From a bacterium (lineage in GTDB: Bacteria; UBA8248), in contig CBDBBI010000010.1 of NCBI GenBank assembly GCA_965202625.1, positions 2,432,001 to 2,496,000 on the forward strand: a stretch of 64,000 nt of DNA, given 5' to 3'. A program made the translations under genes and the position numbers. The notes under the pieces are model-generated. The model ran no database searches. It saw only the letters and a program-made list of their open reading frames with translations, and was not told where the DNA came from. Below are positions 19,755 through 30,065 of this stretch, in pieces; within the stretch, counting starts at the first letter, position 1, and every line of letters begins with the position of its first letter.

Positions 19755-20537
19755 TCAAGGCTTGACGGCTTTGATGGTCGCACTCTCCAGGTTGGGTGCT
19801 GCATAGGGTTTTCGGTTTATGATTTCCACCTCGACGAAACCGGCCTCGTGCAATCCGGCCACATAGGCGTCGTCTCGAATGGCACCGGCAGCACAGGCGC
19901 ACCAATCCTTGATGAAAGCCTCCCCTAAAGGCCCGGCCGCTTCGTCTTCCATGGGTTTTTGGGCCGCCCTGATGACGTCTGAGACCGCGAACCGACCGCC
20001 TGTGCGCAACACGCGAAAGGATTCCCGAAACACGGCGGATTTGTCCGGTGAGAGATTGATCACGCAATTGCTGATGAGAACGTCGACCTTACCGTCTTCA
20101 ATCGGCATGTTCTCCATGTCCCCCTTTCGGAACGAGACGTTTCGAAAGGCCAAGATTCGTCTGCTCTCCTCCGCCCTTTCCAGCATGGCGTCCGTCATGT
20201 CCAAACCGATGACGCTTCCCCGAGGCCCCACCTCCTTCGCGGCGAGAAAACAATCGAGACCCGCACCCGACCCTAAGTCCAGGACCGTCTCGCCCGGTTG
20301 CGGGCGGGCGTTCAATATGGGGTTTCCGCACCCTGCGTTGGAGGTGAGAACGTCATCGGGAAGCTGCCGAACGGCCTCTTTTGGGTAGCCTATGGCTTCG
20401 ACGTTTCCCGCGCCCGTGGGCGCACTGACGCTCTCGTCCCCGCAACAGCAGGAAACCTCTCCGGCTGCTACCTTCGCGTAGAGATCGCACACGGCGTTTT
20501 TTATGCGTCCCTCCTCATCACAACACCATGAGGACAT
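19755..20537 (-). CDS. arsM: Arsenite methyltransferase-like SAM methyltransferase
   Basis: GCGNP, LDLGSGAGLD, GLDMT, ISNCVINLSPDK, WCAC; start chosen at 20537. Confidence 0.85.
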   Translation of the reverse strand: MSSWCCDEEGRIKNAVCDLYAKVAAGEVSCCCGDESVSAPTGAGNVEAIGYPKEAVRQLPDDVLTSNAGCGNPILNARPQPGETVLDLGSGAGLDCFLAAKEVGPRGSVIGLDMTDAMLERAEESRRILAFRNVSFRKGDMENMPIEDGKVDVLISNCVINLSPDKSAVFRESFRVLRTGGRFAVSDVIRAAQKPMEDEAAGPLGEAFIKDWCACAAGAIRDDAYVAGLHEAGFVEVEIINRKPYAAPNLESATIKAVKP

Positions 20538-20804
20538 GGATGAGAACCTCCTCGCGCGTGACGTGCGCAGACCCCCTTGAACGCAGGCAGGATAGCAAGA
20601 ATGCGGAGGAGCGGGAAAGCGCAAAGCGGGGTTTCGCGCGCACTCGATAGCAACGATCAAATAGAGGGGGAGAATACCGAAGACGGAGCGTCGCTCGAAT
20701 GGTCTGGCGGGTGGCTGAAATGATGGATGCGCAGTTGCGGGAAAATCGTTCTCGTGCAAACTTGGGCCAGAAATGTCCCATTTCCTTTTTGCTTGTGTTG
20801 AGAC

Positions 20805-23561
20805 ATGACGAAAGAGAAAAAACAGATCTATCTGATCGACGGTTCCGGGTATATGTTCAGGGCCTACTTCGCCATGATGCGCCAGCGCCTCTCGAACTCA
20901 AAAGGAACCCCCACGGGCGCCACCCTCGCTTTCACCCGAATGCTTTTGAAGGTGATTCGGGAGCGAGCGCCCGAATACGTCGCCATCGCCTTCGATCGTC
21001 CCGAACGCACCTTTCGCCACGATATCTACCCTGCCTACAAGGCGAACCGAGATGCCGCGCCTGAGGATTTGGTCGAGCAAATCCCCTACATGCACCGCGT
21101 CGTTGAGGCGTTGCGCATTCCCCTTCTTGCCCAGGCAGGGTTCGAGGCGGACGACATTGTCGGGACCCTGGCCGCGCGGGCGGAGCGGGAGGGCTACGAC
21201 GTGATTCTGGTGACGGCCGACAAGGATTTCGCTCAGCTCGTCTCCGAGAGCGTGCGCATTTGGGATCCGATGAAGGATGAGGAGATGGGGCCTGCGGAGG
21301 TCGAAGCTAAATGGGGCGTGCCTCCGGAGAAATTCGTGGACCTCCAGGCACTCATGGGAGATACTACGGACAACGTTCCGGGCGTTCCAGGCATCGGAGA
21401 AAAAACTGCCGCCGCGCTCATTCAACAGTTCGGCGGATTCGATGAAATCCTCGCCTCCACGGCAGAAATCAAGCGGCCCAAGCAGCGGGAGAGCATCAAG
21501 GAAAACGTGGAGATAGCGAGAATTTCCCGCGCGCTTTGCACCATCAAACGTGACTTGCCGCTTGAGGGAGACCTTGAGTCGTGTCGCTTGGGTGACGCCG
21601 ATTTTGAGGCAAGCAGGAAACTCTTCCTGGACGAGCTGGAGTTTAAGAGGGATTTCATGGAGGAGCTTCCTGGATACGGCGCGTCCGGCCAAGAGGAGGA
21701 CGCGCCCGAGGAGACGACCTCTCCATCCGGGACGGACGAGAGCGACTACCACGTCGTCCGAACGCTCAAGGAGCTGAAATCCGCCTTGAGGGAGCTGGAG
21801 AGAGCGGGGCGTTTCGCGTTCGACCTGGAGACCACCTCGCTCGACCCAATGAAGGCGCGCATTGTGGGTTTGAGCCTGTCCGCCAGCCCGGGACGCGCGT
21901 TTTACGTCCCCGTGGGCCATGAAACCGTGGATTCCGGCCCCCAGCTTCGGCTGGAGGACGTGTTAGAGGAAGCCTCTCGCTTGTTGGAATCGCCCACGGT
22001 TGAGAAAATCGGACAGAACGTCAAATACGACGTCGCGGTGCTGGAGGAAAATGGATACGGTGTTCGCGGCCCTTTGTTCGACACCATGCTCGCTTCCTAT
22101 CTCCTACGCTCGGACCACACGGCTTTGGGCGCCGGTCGAACGCGGCATGGGATAGACCATCTGGCGCAAGAGTTTTTCGGGATCAGGACGATAAAGTATG
22201 CTGATCTTTGCGGGAAGGGCGTCAAGGAAATCCCGTTCTCGCACGTCCCTATTGACGCGGCGGCGCCTTACGCCTGCCAGGATGCAGACCTCGCCTATCG
22301 TTTGGCTGAAGTGATGGCCCCGCAGCTGCGAGACGCTGGCCTGATGAATCTTTTCGAGGAACTGGAAATTCCTCTCCTGCGCGTTTTGATCGACATGGAG
22401 CGCGCGGGCATTCGTCTGGATCAGGACTTGTTGCAAAACATGGGGAAGGAGCTCGAAGCGCGTCTTGCGGGAATGAGAGATCATATCCACGAGCTGGCGG
22501 GTGAGGAATTCAACGTCAATTCCACCCAGCAGCTCAGGGTCATCCTGTTTGAGAAACTGAACCTTCCGGTGATCAAAAAAACGAAGACCGGCGCTTCCAC
22601 CGACATCGACACGCTTCAGAAACTCGCGCCCCAGCATCCCTTGCCCCAGGAGATTTTAAGTTTCAGGCAACTCTTCAAGCTCAAGAGCACCTATGTCGAT
22701 ACCTTACCCGAGCTGGTGAATCCGGACACGGGCCGCATCCACGCGCGCTTCAACCAAACCGTCGCCGCCACGGGCCGACTGAGCAGCTCTGACCCCAATT
22801 TGCAGAACATCCCCGTCCGAACAGACTTGGGCCGTCAGATACGCCAAGCTTTCCTGCCCGAGGAAGGGTGGAAACTTCTCTCTGCGGATTACAGCCAGAT
22901 AGAACTCAGGGTTTTGGCGCATTTTACGAACGATACGGCCCTCGTCGACGCTTTCGGCAAGGGGGAGGACATTCACGCCACGACCGCCTCCGCCGTCTAT
23001 GGCGTACCGCTCGACGAGGTGAACTCCGAGATGCGCCGCGTCGCCAAGGCGGTGAATTTCGGCATCATATATGGGCAGGGCGCTTTTGGTCTTTCCCAAG
23101 CCATCGGCATCCCTCAGTCCGAGGCGCGCTCGTTCATCGAAACCTACTTCGAGCGCTTCGCCAGCGTGCCCGCCTTCGTGGACGGGACCATCGAGGATGG
23201 AAGGATGCGCGGTTATGTCTCCACCATCATGGGGCGGCGGCGGTATTTGCCTGATCTGAACAGCCGAAATCGTAATTTGAAGAACGCCGCCGAACGAACG
23301 GCGGTGAACTCCGTCATCCAGGGCAGCGCAGCCGATATCATCAAGCGGGCGATGATAGCTATTGCGGCTCGGCTCAACAGAGAAAGGAGAGAGGCGCGAA
23401 TGCTCGTGCAGGTGCACGATGAACTTCTGTTCGAAATACCGCCCCGGGAGGTCGAGAGCGTCGCCGCCCTGGTTGAGGAGGAGATGAAGGGCGCGATGCG
23501 CCTTCACGTTCCTATCGAGGTGGACGTGAGCGCGGGCAAGAATTGGGGCGCTTTGAAGTAG
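20805..23561 (+). CDS. polA: DNA polymerase I
   Basis: 5'-3' exonuclease (LIDGS, FEADD), 3'-5' exonuclease (DLETT), polymerase motifs DYSQIELR and QVHDEL. Confidence 0.98.
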   Translation: MTKEKKQIYLIDGSGYMFRAYFAMMRQRLSNSKGTPTGATLAFTRMLLKVIRERAPEYVAIAFDRPERTFRHDIYPAYKANRDAAPEDLVEQIPYMHRVVEALRIPLLAQAGFEADDIVGTLAARAEREGYDVILVTADKDFAQLVSESVRIWDPMKDEEMGPAEVEAKWGVPPEKFVDLQALMGDTTDNVPGVPGIGEKTAAALIQQFGGFDEILASTAEIKRPKQRESIKENVEIARISRALCTIKRDLPLEGDLESCRLGDADFEASRKLFLDELEFKRDFMEELPGYGASGQEEDAPEETTSPSGTDESDYHVVRTLKELKSALRELERAGRFAFDLETTSLDPMKARIVGLSLSASPGRAFYVPVGHETVDSGPQLRLEDVLEEASRLLESPTVEKIGQNVKYDVAVLEENGYGVRGPLFDTMLASYLLRSDHTALGAGRTRHGIDHLAQEFFGIRTIKYADLCGKGVKEIPFSHVPIDAAAPYACQDADLAYRLAEVMAPQLRDAGLMNLFEELEIPLLRVLIDMERAGIRLDQDLLQNMGKELEARLAGMRDHIHELAGEEFNVNSTQQLRVILFEKLNLPVIKKTKTGASTDIDTLQKLAPQHPLPQEILSFRQLFKLKSTYVDTLPELVNPDTGRIHARFNQTVAATGRLSSSDPNLQNIPVRTDLGRQIRQAFLPEEGWKLLSADYSQIELRVLAHFTNDTALVDAFGKGEDIHATTASAVYGVPLDEVNSEMRRVAKAVNFGIIYGQGAFGLSQAIGIPQSEARSFIETYFERFASVPAFVDGTIEDGRMRGYVSTIMGRRRYLPDLNSRNRNLKNAAERTAVNSVIQGSAADIIKRAMIAIAARLNRERREARMLVQVHDELLFEIPPREVESVAALVEEEMKGAMRLHVPIEVDVSAGKNWGALK

Positions 23562-23761
23562 CTCGCTTCTCTCGCAGGAATTGAACCTTCCGTTGATTTT
23601 CGAGGACGCGTTTTTTCCCTTTCCTCTCTGATCCACCATGAAGGCGCGTCTCTCGCCTTGCGCGTTTCCGCCGGTGCTCATAGAATCGAGCGCGTCGTTC
23701 CCCTCCACGCGCCAGGATGACGGGGATTTGCTCGAACCCTCCGGAAGGCGGTCGCTTCTTT

Positions 23762-24427
23762 ATGTCCAACCTCTATGCCATCGGCGACGTTCATGGCCAG
23801 CTGCACATGCTGGACGCCTTGGCGCGGCGCGTGCCCTTTCGGGAGGATGATGAAATCGTCTTTCTCGGGGATTTCATCGATCGGGGGCCGGATTCTAGAG
23901 GGGTGGTCGAATTCTTAATGGAATTCAGGCGGAAATATCCCAAGACCGTGTGCTTGCGGGGAAATCACGAGGACATGTTCTTGGACTATCTGGCTGGAGG
24001 CGGAATCTATCATCCGGACGTCTACGCCATGAACGGCGGCTTGGAAACCCTCAGGGGTTACGGCCTTGATCGGCAAGGCAAGGTTCGGCTTCCCCCCTTG
24101 CATCGGGAATTCTTCAATGCGCTCGTGTGGATGCACGAAACCCGTGGGTTTATCTTCGCACATGCGGGCTTAAGGCCAGGAGTTCCCATCAACCAGCAAG
24201 AGCAGATGGATTTGGTCTGGATACGAGAGGAATTTATCGAGGCGGAACATGATTTTGGAAAGCCGGTCGTTTTTGGGCACACTCCGGCCTCGGGGATAAG
24301 AGACAAACTCCCCTTGTTTTTGGGGATCGACACGCGCGCCGTATTCGGCGGGTGCTTGACGTGCGCACAACTCGCCGACAACGCGCTCGTAGATTGCTAT
24401 CAGGTGTTCTCTCAAGAAGTGCAATGA
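23762..24427 (+). CDS. Metallophosphoesterase (Ser/Thr phosphatase family)
   Basis: GDVHG, GDFIDRG, GNHE, HAG, FGHT. Confidence 0.9.
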   Translation: MSNLYAIGDVHGQLHMLDALARRVPFREDDEIVFLGDFIDRGPDSRGVVEFLMEFRRKYPKTVCLRGNHEDMFLDYLAGGGIYHPDVYAMNGGLETLRGYGLDRQGKVRLPPLHREFFNALVWMHETRGFIFAHAGLRPGVPINQQEQMDLVWIREEFIEAEHDFGKPVVFGHTPASGIRDKLPLFLGIDTRAVFGGCLTCAQLADNALVDCYQVFSQEVQ

Positions 24428-24439
24428 GTTGAATCGTTC

Positions 24440-26725
24440 GTGAAGCGGAACCCGAACGCAATTCCCGATGACAAGACGATTCTGGACCTGCTCATCCAAC
24501 AGGGTCGGCCGGTGGCCGTGCGTGAGATACTCCGCCTGCTCAAGACCCCCTCCGACGCGCGGCCTTCGCTCAGAAAGCACCTGCGCGTCATGGCGGAGGA
24601 GGGCGCTTTGTCCCGGATTCGCGGTCGCTATTCGGCTCCGGGTTTTCTCTCCATTTGTCAGGGAATCTTCCGTGGCCACCGGCAGGGGTATGGGTTTGTC
24701 ATTCCGGACAAAGTGCTCGGAAAGGAGAGAGCCCCCGATATCCTGATCAAGAAAACGCGCGCGAGGGGGGCTGTGGACGGAGATCGGGTCTCCGCCAGGG
24801 TGGAGAGAGTCGATTCCGACGGAAGATGCGAGGGCAGCGTGATCGACGTGCTTGAGCGCGCGCATGCAACCTTGGTGGGCAGGCTTTGTGTCGAGGGAGG
24901 GAGTGCCTGGGTCGCGCCTCAGGAAGAGCGCATACCGCATCTTGTGACGCTCGACTCCGAACAATGCGAAGGGGCCAAGCCGGGCGAATGGGTGGAAGTG
25001 GAGATCAGTCGATATCCGACCCAAAGAGAGCCCGCCAAGGGGCGCATTCTCAGGGCGTTCGGCTATCCGAAAAACCCGGCTTCCGAGCAGAAGATGATAC
25101 TCGCCAAGTACGGAATTCGCGAGGATTTCCCTCCCGGGGTTCTCGATGAGGAAAGAGGGCTGTTTCCGCCGGAGGAGGACGCGCCTTTTCCGAAGGGGGT
25201 GGAGGATTTCAGAGACTTGTGCGCGTTCACCATCGATCCTGTTAATGCGCGAGACAGGGATGACGCGATTTCGATTGAAAGCGCAACCCGTGGCCGCCGC
25301 CGTCTCGGCGTGCACATCGCCGACGTGGGTCATTACGTGAAGTTCGGTGGCACGATTGACAAAGAAGCGTGCGAGCGCGGCGTGAGCGTGTATTTTCCGG
25401 ATAGGGCCATACCGATGCTCCCGCCCCGTCTCACCCGCGAGGTATGTTCCTTGAGCGCGGGGGCGGTTCGGCGCACTTTGAGCGTCTTGCTCGATTTTGA
25501 TGGGCGTGGAGAGCAAACGGGTCTGCGGCTCGTCTTCGCGCGGATTCGCTCGCGCGCCTCTTTGACCTATCGGGGAGCGGCCGCCGTTTTGGCGGGCAGC
25601 GAGATTCCGCAAAAAAACGAAATGGAAAGCGCTCGCGATCTTCAGGCACCGCTCAGGGAATTATCGGCTCTGGCGGATGACCTTCGCGCGCGGCGCATGC
25701 GTCGGGGCAGTCTCGACTTCGACCTTCCGGAGGCCCATATCCTGCTTGATGCGAGGGGAGTGCCCACTGGCGTTGCGCGTGCGCCGAGGACTGCGGCGCA
25801 CCGCCTGGTCGAGGAGTGTATGTTGGCGGCGAATCGGGCGGTGGCCCAATATCTCGCCGAGGCGGGCGGTGCCGCAATCTTCCGCGTGCATGAGCCGCCC
25901 GGAGAGGAGGATTTGGAGGGTGTACGCATGATGCTCTCGAAGTTGGGCCTCAAAGCGCCCCGCCTTTCCATTCTAAGGAGTCCGGGAGGATTGCAAGAAG
26001 TTTTTGACGCCGTGCGAGGCTCCGACGTGGAGCGTTACGTGAATCTCGCCGCCCTCAGAAGCATGAAGATTGCGCGCTACGATGCCGCCCCCGCCCTTCA
26101 TTTCGGGCTGGGTTTTGAGCGTTACGCGCATTTCACGTCCCCCATTCGCCGATATGCGGATTTGTGCGTTCATAGAAGGCTGAAAAGGCTTATGCGTGGC
26201 GAAAGGCGAAAGCCAAAACCTGAGCGCATCGCTGCCCTTTGTCGGGATATTTCGGAAAAAGACCGCACGGCGGAGGCGGCCTCGCGCGAGATGGCGGATT
26301 TTATGAAGGCGCTTTTTATGCGGGGCAAGGTGGGCGAGCGTTTCCGAGGGCACGTTTCGGGAGTCACGAATTTCGGAATTTTTGTGGAGCTGAGTGATAT
26401 TTTCGTGCAGGGCATGGTGCCGCTTCAATTCATGACGGACGACGACTACCGCTTCATTCCGGAGGAGCACGCGGTTCTCGGCCGCAGAACGGGACGGCGG
26501 TTTCGTTTGGGGGACGCCGTCACTGTGCGGGTGGAGGGGGTTGATTTGGCGGCGAGGCGCGTCACCTTTCATCTGCAGGGGGGTGGCACGAAGGGGAAGG
26601 TCGGCGACGCTCCAGTCTCATACCGCGCCTCCGAAAACCCCGGCCGCCACCTGGGAGAGAGACGCTCAAATCCTCGACGTCAAAAGAGGGGCAAGCCGAA
26701 GAGGAGAGGAAGTCGGCGCCGTTGA
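24440..26725 (+). CDS. rnr: Ribonuclease R
   Basis: TIDPVNARDRDDA, HFTSPIRRYAD, S1 domain, basic tail. Confidence 0.95.
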   Translation: MKRNPNAIPDDKTILDLLIQQGRPVAVREILRLLKTPSDARPSLRKHLRVMAEEGALSRIRGRYSAPGFLSICQGIFRGHRQGYGFVIPDKVLGKERAPDILIKKTRARGAVDGDRVSARVERVDSDGRCEGSVIDVLERAHATLVGRLCVEGGSAWVAPQEERIPHLVTLDSEQCEGAKPGEWVEVEISRYPTQREPAKGRILRAFGYPKNPASEQKMILAKYGIREDFPPGVLDEERGLFPPEEDAPFPKGVEDFRDLCAFTIDPVNARDRDDAISIESATRGRRRLGVHIADVGHYVKFGGTIDKEACERGVSVYFPDRAIPMLPPRLTREVCSLSAGAVRRTLSVLLDFDGRGEQTGLRLVFARIRSRASLTYRGAAAVLAGSEIPQKNEMESARDLQAPLRELSALADDLRARRMRRGSLDFDLPEAHILLDARGVPTGVARAPRTAAHRLVEECMLAANRAVAQYLAEAGGAAIFRVHEPPGEEDLEGVRMMLSKLGLKAPRLSILRSPGGLQEVFDAVRGSDVERYVNLAALRSMKIARYDAAPALHFGLGFERYAHFTSPIRRYADLCVHRRLKRLMRGERRKPKPERIAALCRDISEKDRTAEAASREMADFMKALFMRGKVGERFRGHVSGVTNFGIFVELSDIFVQGMVPLQFMTDDDYRFIPEEHAVLGRRTGRRFRLGDAVTVRVEGVDLAARRVTFHLQGGGTKGKVGDAPVSYRASENPGRHLGERRSNPRRQKRGKPKRRGSRRR

Positions 26726-26895
26726 CTCCCGCAGATGCTGCCTGGATGCTTGATAGAGAAGCGTCCTGTTCGTGTTGTTTGGTTTCTCCAGTGGCAGAAA
26801 ATCCTGTGAGGGGCTATATTGATTCCTGAGGATAGAAGATATGGGAGGGGCGATCCGCTCCTTTTTCTTTTTCCAGTTTTTCGTGAGGTGCGGCG

Positions 26896-27360
26896 ATGGC
26901 GGGCGGCGTGAAAATCATTGCGGAAAACAGGCGCGCCCGCGCCGATTATGCGATTGATGAAACCTACGAGGCGGGCCTAGTGCTCACGGGCACGGAGGTG
27001 AAAGCGCTTCGAGAGGGTCGTGCGAACTTAAAGGAGAGCTATGGCGACATCGTCGGTGGCGAGGCTTGGCTGGTCGATTGTCACATTAGCCCTTATGGAC
27101 ATGGCAACATACACAATCATGTGCCCACGCGCAGAAGGAAGCTGTTGCTCCACAAACGCGAAATTGGGCGCTTGATTGGCCGCGTGAACGAAAAGGGGAT
27201 GGCGCTCGTGCCAATGAAGATGTATTTCGCCCGAGGCCGCGCCAAGGTGGAGATTGGCGTGGGGAAGGGTAAGAAACGCCATGACCGTCGCGAGGAATTG
27301 AAAAAGCGCGCGGCCAATCGTGATATTGAGCGCGCGCTCGCAGAAAGGAATCGGGGATGA
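26896..27360 (+). CDS. smpB: SsrA-binding protein
   Basis: GLVLTGTEVKALR, RKLLLHKREI, GKGKKRHDRR. Confidence 0.98.
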   Translation: MAGGVKIIAENRRARADYAIDETYEAGLVLTGTEVKALREGRANLKESYGDIVGGEAWLVDCHISPYGHGNIHNHVPTRRRKLLLHKREIGRLIGRVNEKGMALVPMKMYFARGRAKVEIGVGKGKKRHDRREELKKRAANRDIERALAERNRG

Positions 27361-27563
27361 TACGCATTTTCAGAGAATATACAATGTCCTGGTTGCAAGT
27401 GGGTTTGCTCAAAATTTCGATGATGGCGTTCGGCTTGGCGATTGGCGCCACCTGGCCGGAACTTTTTCGGGAGAGGGTGGTCTGGCTCTGGCTGATGTTC
27501 GCTCTGCCCGCCGTTTATTTGGGCATCGTCTTCTACCCCAGCATGTGGGGCGGGCGCAAATAG
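27357..27563 (+). CDS. Small 2-TM membrane protein (68 aa)
   Basis: ATGA overlap with the smpB stop; two hydrophobic helices. Confidence 0.7.
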   Translation: MIRIFREYTMSWLQVGLLKISMMAFGLAIGATWPELFRERVVWLWLMFALPAVYLGIVFYPSMWGGRK

Positions 27564-27626
27564 GGTGCGCAAAGTCGGGTCTGGGGCGTATGATCGCCGC
27601 CCCTGACGCCGGCGTTCATCTCTCAT

Positions 27627-27987
27627 GGGGGCGATCTGGTTTCGACGGGAGGATTTGAAGTCTGAGCTGCGTGCCGGGGACGCCACTTGGCCCCGTTATC
27701 AATGTGGCAAAATCACACCAGCCGACAACGAGCTGGCTCTCGCGGCCTAGACGCTAGCGAGCGCTCCCCCTCGCCTCGTCCGCAGGGGAGGTGTGGAGCG
27801 TCATGATGCGGACTAGCCGACCCAGGTTTCTGTCCGGAGCTTGTTAGGCGAATATCAATCGGACTAGCCCGGAGGATGGCCCGCCGGTGGGCTTGAGACC
27901 GAGCAAAATCCTCACCACCGGCTACGCACGTAGACGCTCACGACGGAAGCCTTGCGGACGCGGGTTCGATTCCCGCCGCCTCCACCA
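27627..27987 (+). ncRNA. ssrA: tmRNA
   Basis: 5' GGGGGCGATCTGGTTTCGAC, 3' GGTTCGATTCCCGCCGCCTCCACCA; tag ORF 27721-27750 ADNELALAA*; downstream of smpB. Confidence 0.97.
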
Positions 27988-28475
27988 AAATTTCATATGT
28001 TTTGGGTAATGGTCTGCGCGTTGGAATATACCCATTGGAGGGGAGAATGTAAGCATGGGGAGTCCCCTAGTCCTTTCCGTTGACGACTGCGCGATGCCCG
28101 GTTCAAGTAGGGCGTATTGACGAGGCCTCGGCGGTTTTCTCAAAAAAGCTTTGGCTTGCGCGTTCGCCGGATGAGCCGGAACGCGAATGCGCCGCCTGGA
28201 TTCGGCATGACGCAATCAAACGCCGCGCACAACCAAATCCGTCCCGTCCCAGCCGGTGACCTCAGACGTGATGACGGCGTTGGAGGCCGCTTCGGTTTCA
28301 TCCAAGAACATTTTGACGTCCAATTCGGGTGCCGTCTGAAGCCTGGCGCGCCGTCACAGAAGGTCCGCCCTGAAGAAGCTCTCGACCAAAATTCCGTTTT
28401 TCTGCCGATGAAGGTTTGATTGTCCTGCGCGTGATGCGTTATTGCAACTCTAGAAATCTTGCCTTGGCTATTGAC

Positions 28476-28619
28476 GCCAGAGTGCCCAGTGTCAGAGATT
28501 CGCTCTGTCGCGGAGCCGATTCGAAGGGCGTGCGGTGCGGCACAGCAACGGTCCGGATTCCTCACCTTGTCGCCCGTGAATCACCGTTGAGCGCGATCTG
28601 ATGACAATGGGGCCCTGGC
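28476..28619. other. Long imperfect inverted repeat (rod-like hairpin)
   Basis: Nested pairs GCCAG/CTGGC, TGTCA/TGACA, AGATT/GATCT, CGCTC/GAGCG, GATTC/GAATC, GGGCG/CGCCC, GGTG/CACC. Confidence 0.55.
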
Positions 28620-28659
28620 ACTACAATCCAACTATGGTTTGACAGACTTAAGGGAAGGA

Positions 28660-29046
28660 ATGAAATCAATGAAAGTCGCATACGTTTTCGCCACGAGTAT
28701 GTCGGCGACTTACAAGCTCGCCACCATGATCCTCCCGCAGCTCGAAGCCGGCTCGCACGGGGCGACCGTCGTCGGCATGTTCTTCTTCGACGACAATATG
28801 TTCTGCCTGCGCGAGGGCGATCCGATCGGAGAGCGTCTGGCCAAAGTTGCCGAGGAGCAGAGCATCCTTCTCATGATCTGCGATCAATGCGCCGTGAGGC
28901 GCAACCTCGCCGAGGGGACCTTTGAGCAGTGTGGGTCAGGAGAGGTGACGGCAAGGGGCACCGTCGCCGGAGTGCAGGCAGGCTGCTTTCCACAGCTCTA
29001 TTCCGCGCTCGCCCCTCATCCGCCGGATCAGGTTATCACGCTTTAG
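28660..29046 (+). CDS. DsrE-related protein (SaoD-like)
   Basis: MKVAYVF, ILPQLE, GMFFFDDN, CDQC, GCFP, VITL* match the SaoD/DsrE family as recalled. Confidence 0.75.
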   Translation: MKSMKVAYVFATSMSATYKLATMILPQLEAGSHGATVVGMFFFDDNMFCLREGDPIGERLAKVAEEQSILLMICDQCAVRRNLAEGTFEQCGSGEVTARGTVAGVQAGCFPQLYSALAPHPPDQVITL

Positions 29047-29439
29047 AGGGGCGTCATATAGGGAGATTTGGTGCCAGTTCCTGTGTTACGAGCCATTCTG
29101 CCGAAGTCGGATATGCCCCGCAGTGTAGTTGTTGTAGTGCCGTGGCCCAGGCGCAACTGCGCCGGCAGTTCTGGAGAATGGATGGGAACAGATATATTGA
29201 GAAGGTTGGTTTATGTGATTGCTTCTGAACGTCTCGCGAGAAACTTCGGGCCAGAAATGATGGTCGTGGGCAAAATTTCCGCTTGCCTCGCCGTCGCTGG
29301 GGCCGGATGGCGCGTCTCTCGCATCAAACCTCTTTGCGTAGAGGTTTGGAAGATGACCAAAGACAGATTGGTCACCAAACTATATCGAGCGTATTTTCTC
29401 GCCCGGTTGCCGGCAGCCGGGCGCAGCCTCTAGGTTTCA

Positions 29440-29860
29440 GGGCGACTTGAGTCCGTAATAGGAGTACCACCCGATCAAGTCGGAGAAAGCCGCCGCGGAT
29501 TTTGGGGCATGTCGAAACCCGTGCCAGTGAGACGATCTGCCTTGCGTCGTCCTTGATGACGCGCCTGAAGATATCGTTCATAGTGCAAACCCGATAACGA
29601 ACCAAATCTCTCGGCGACGGGAAAATATGGATGAGATGCTGAACCTCCTCCTTTACCTCCTCATAGGGAACAACGCCGCATAAGGATCGTCGCACAATTT
29701 GTGTCCTCATCTTCCTCCATCGCCTAAATGCAGGAAATGACGAAAGCCGTTGAGCCGACTTCGTTGATATCCGTGTGTGATGGTCGTTGCGGAAATGTTT
29801 GCTTCTGACGTTAGCTCGCAAAACTATGATGGGGCCATCAGCGGCATCGAACCTCTTGAG
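29440..29860 (-). pseudogene. Remnant of an LCM-type class I SAM methyltransferase
   Basis: RVCTMNDIFRRVIKDDARQIVSL then frameshift to GTGFD, resembling the QxVxLGxGxD motif. Confidence 0.45.
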
Positions 29861-30065
29861 GTAGGGGACGGAAGTCTCGCATAATGCCCTCGGGCTTGAT
29901 AGATTACCTCTCTCACGCGATTTCATAACGTTCGCCTCTATGCGCAGAAGCGCATCGCGTTTGATCACTTTCTGCTTGATAAAGCGGCGCGTTGTGAGGA
30001 TATCGTCCGTCAAAACAATGCGAGAGAGCCTGCAAGGCGTAAAATGTAAAACGTGGGGAGGCCGG

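Noticed and set aside
19569-19757. Selenocysteine read-through of the arsM TGA into the in-frame ORF 19569..19754
   Set aside because: TGA follows the normal family C-terminus (IKAVKP); the downstream peptide is not protein-like and no SECIS was evident
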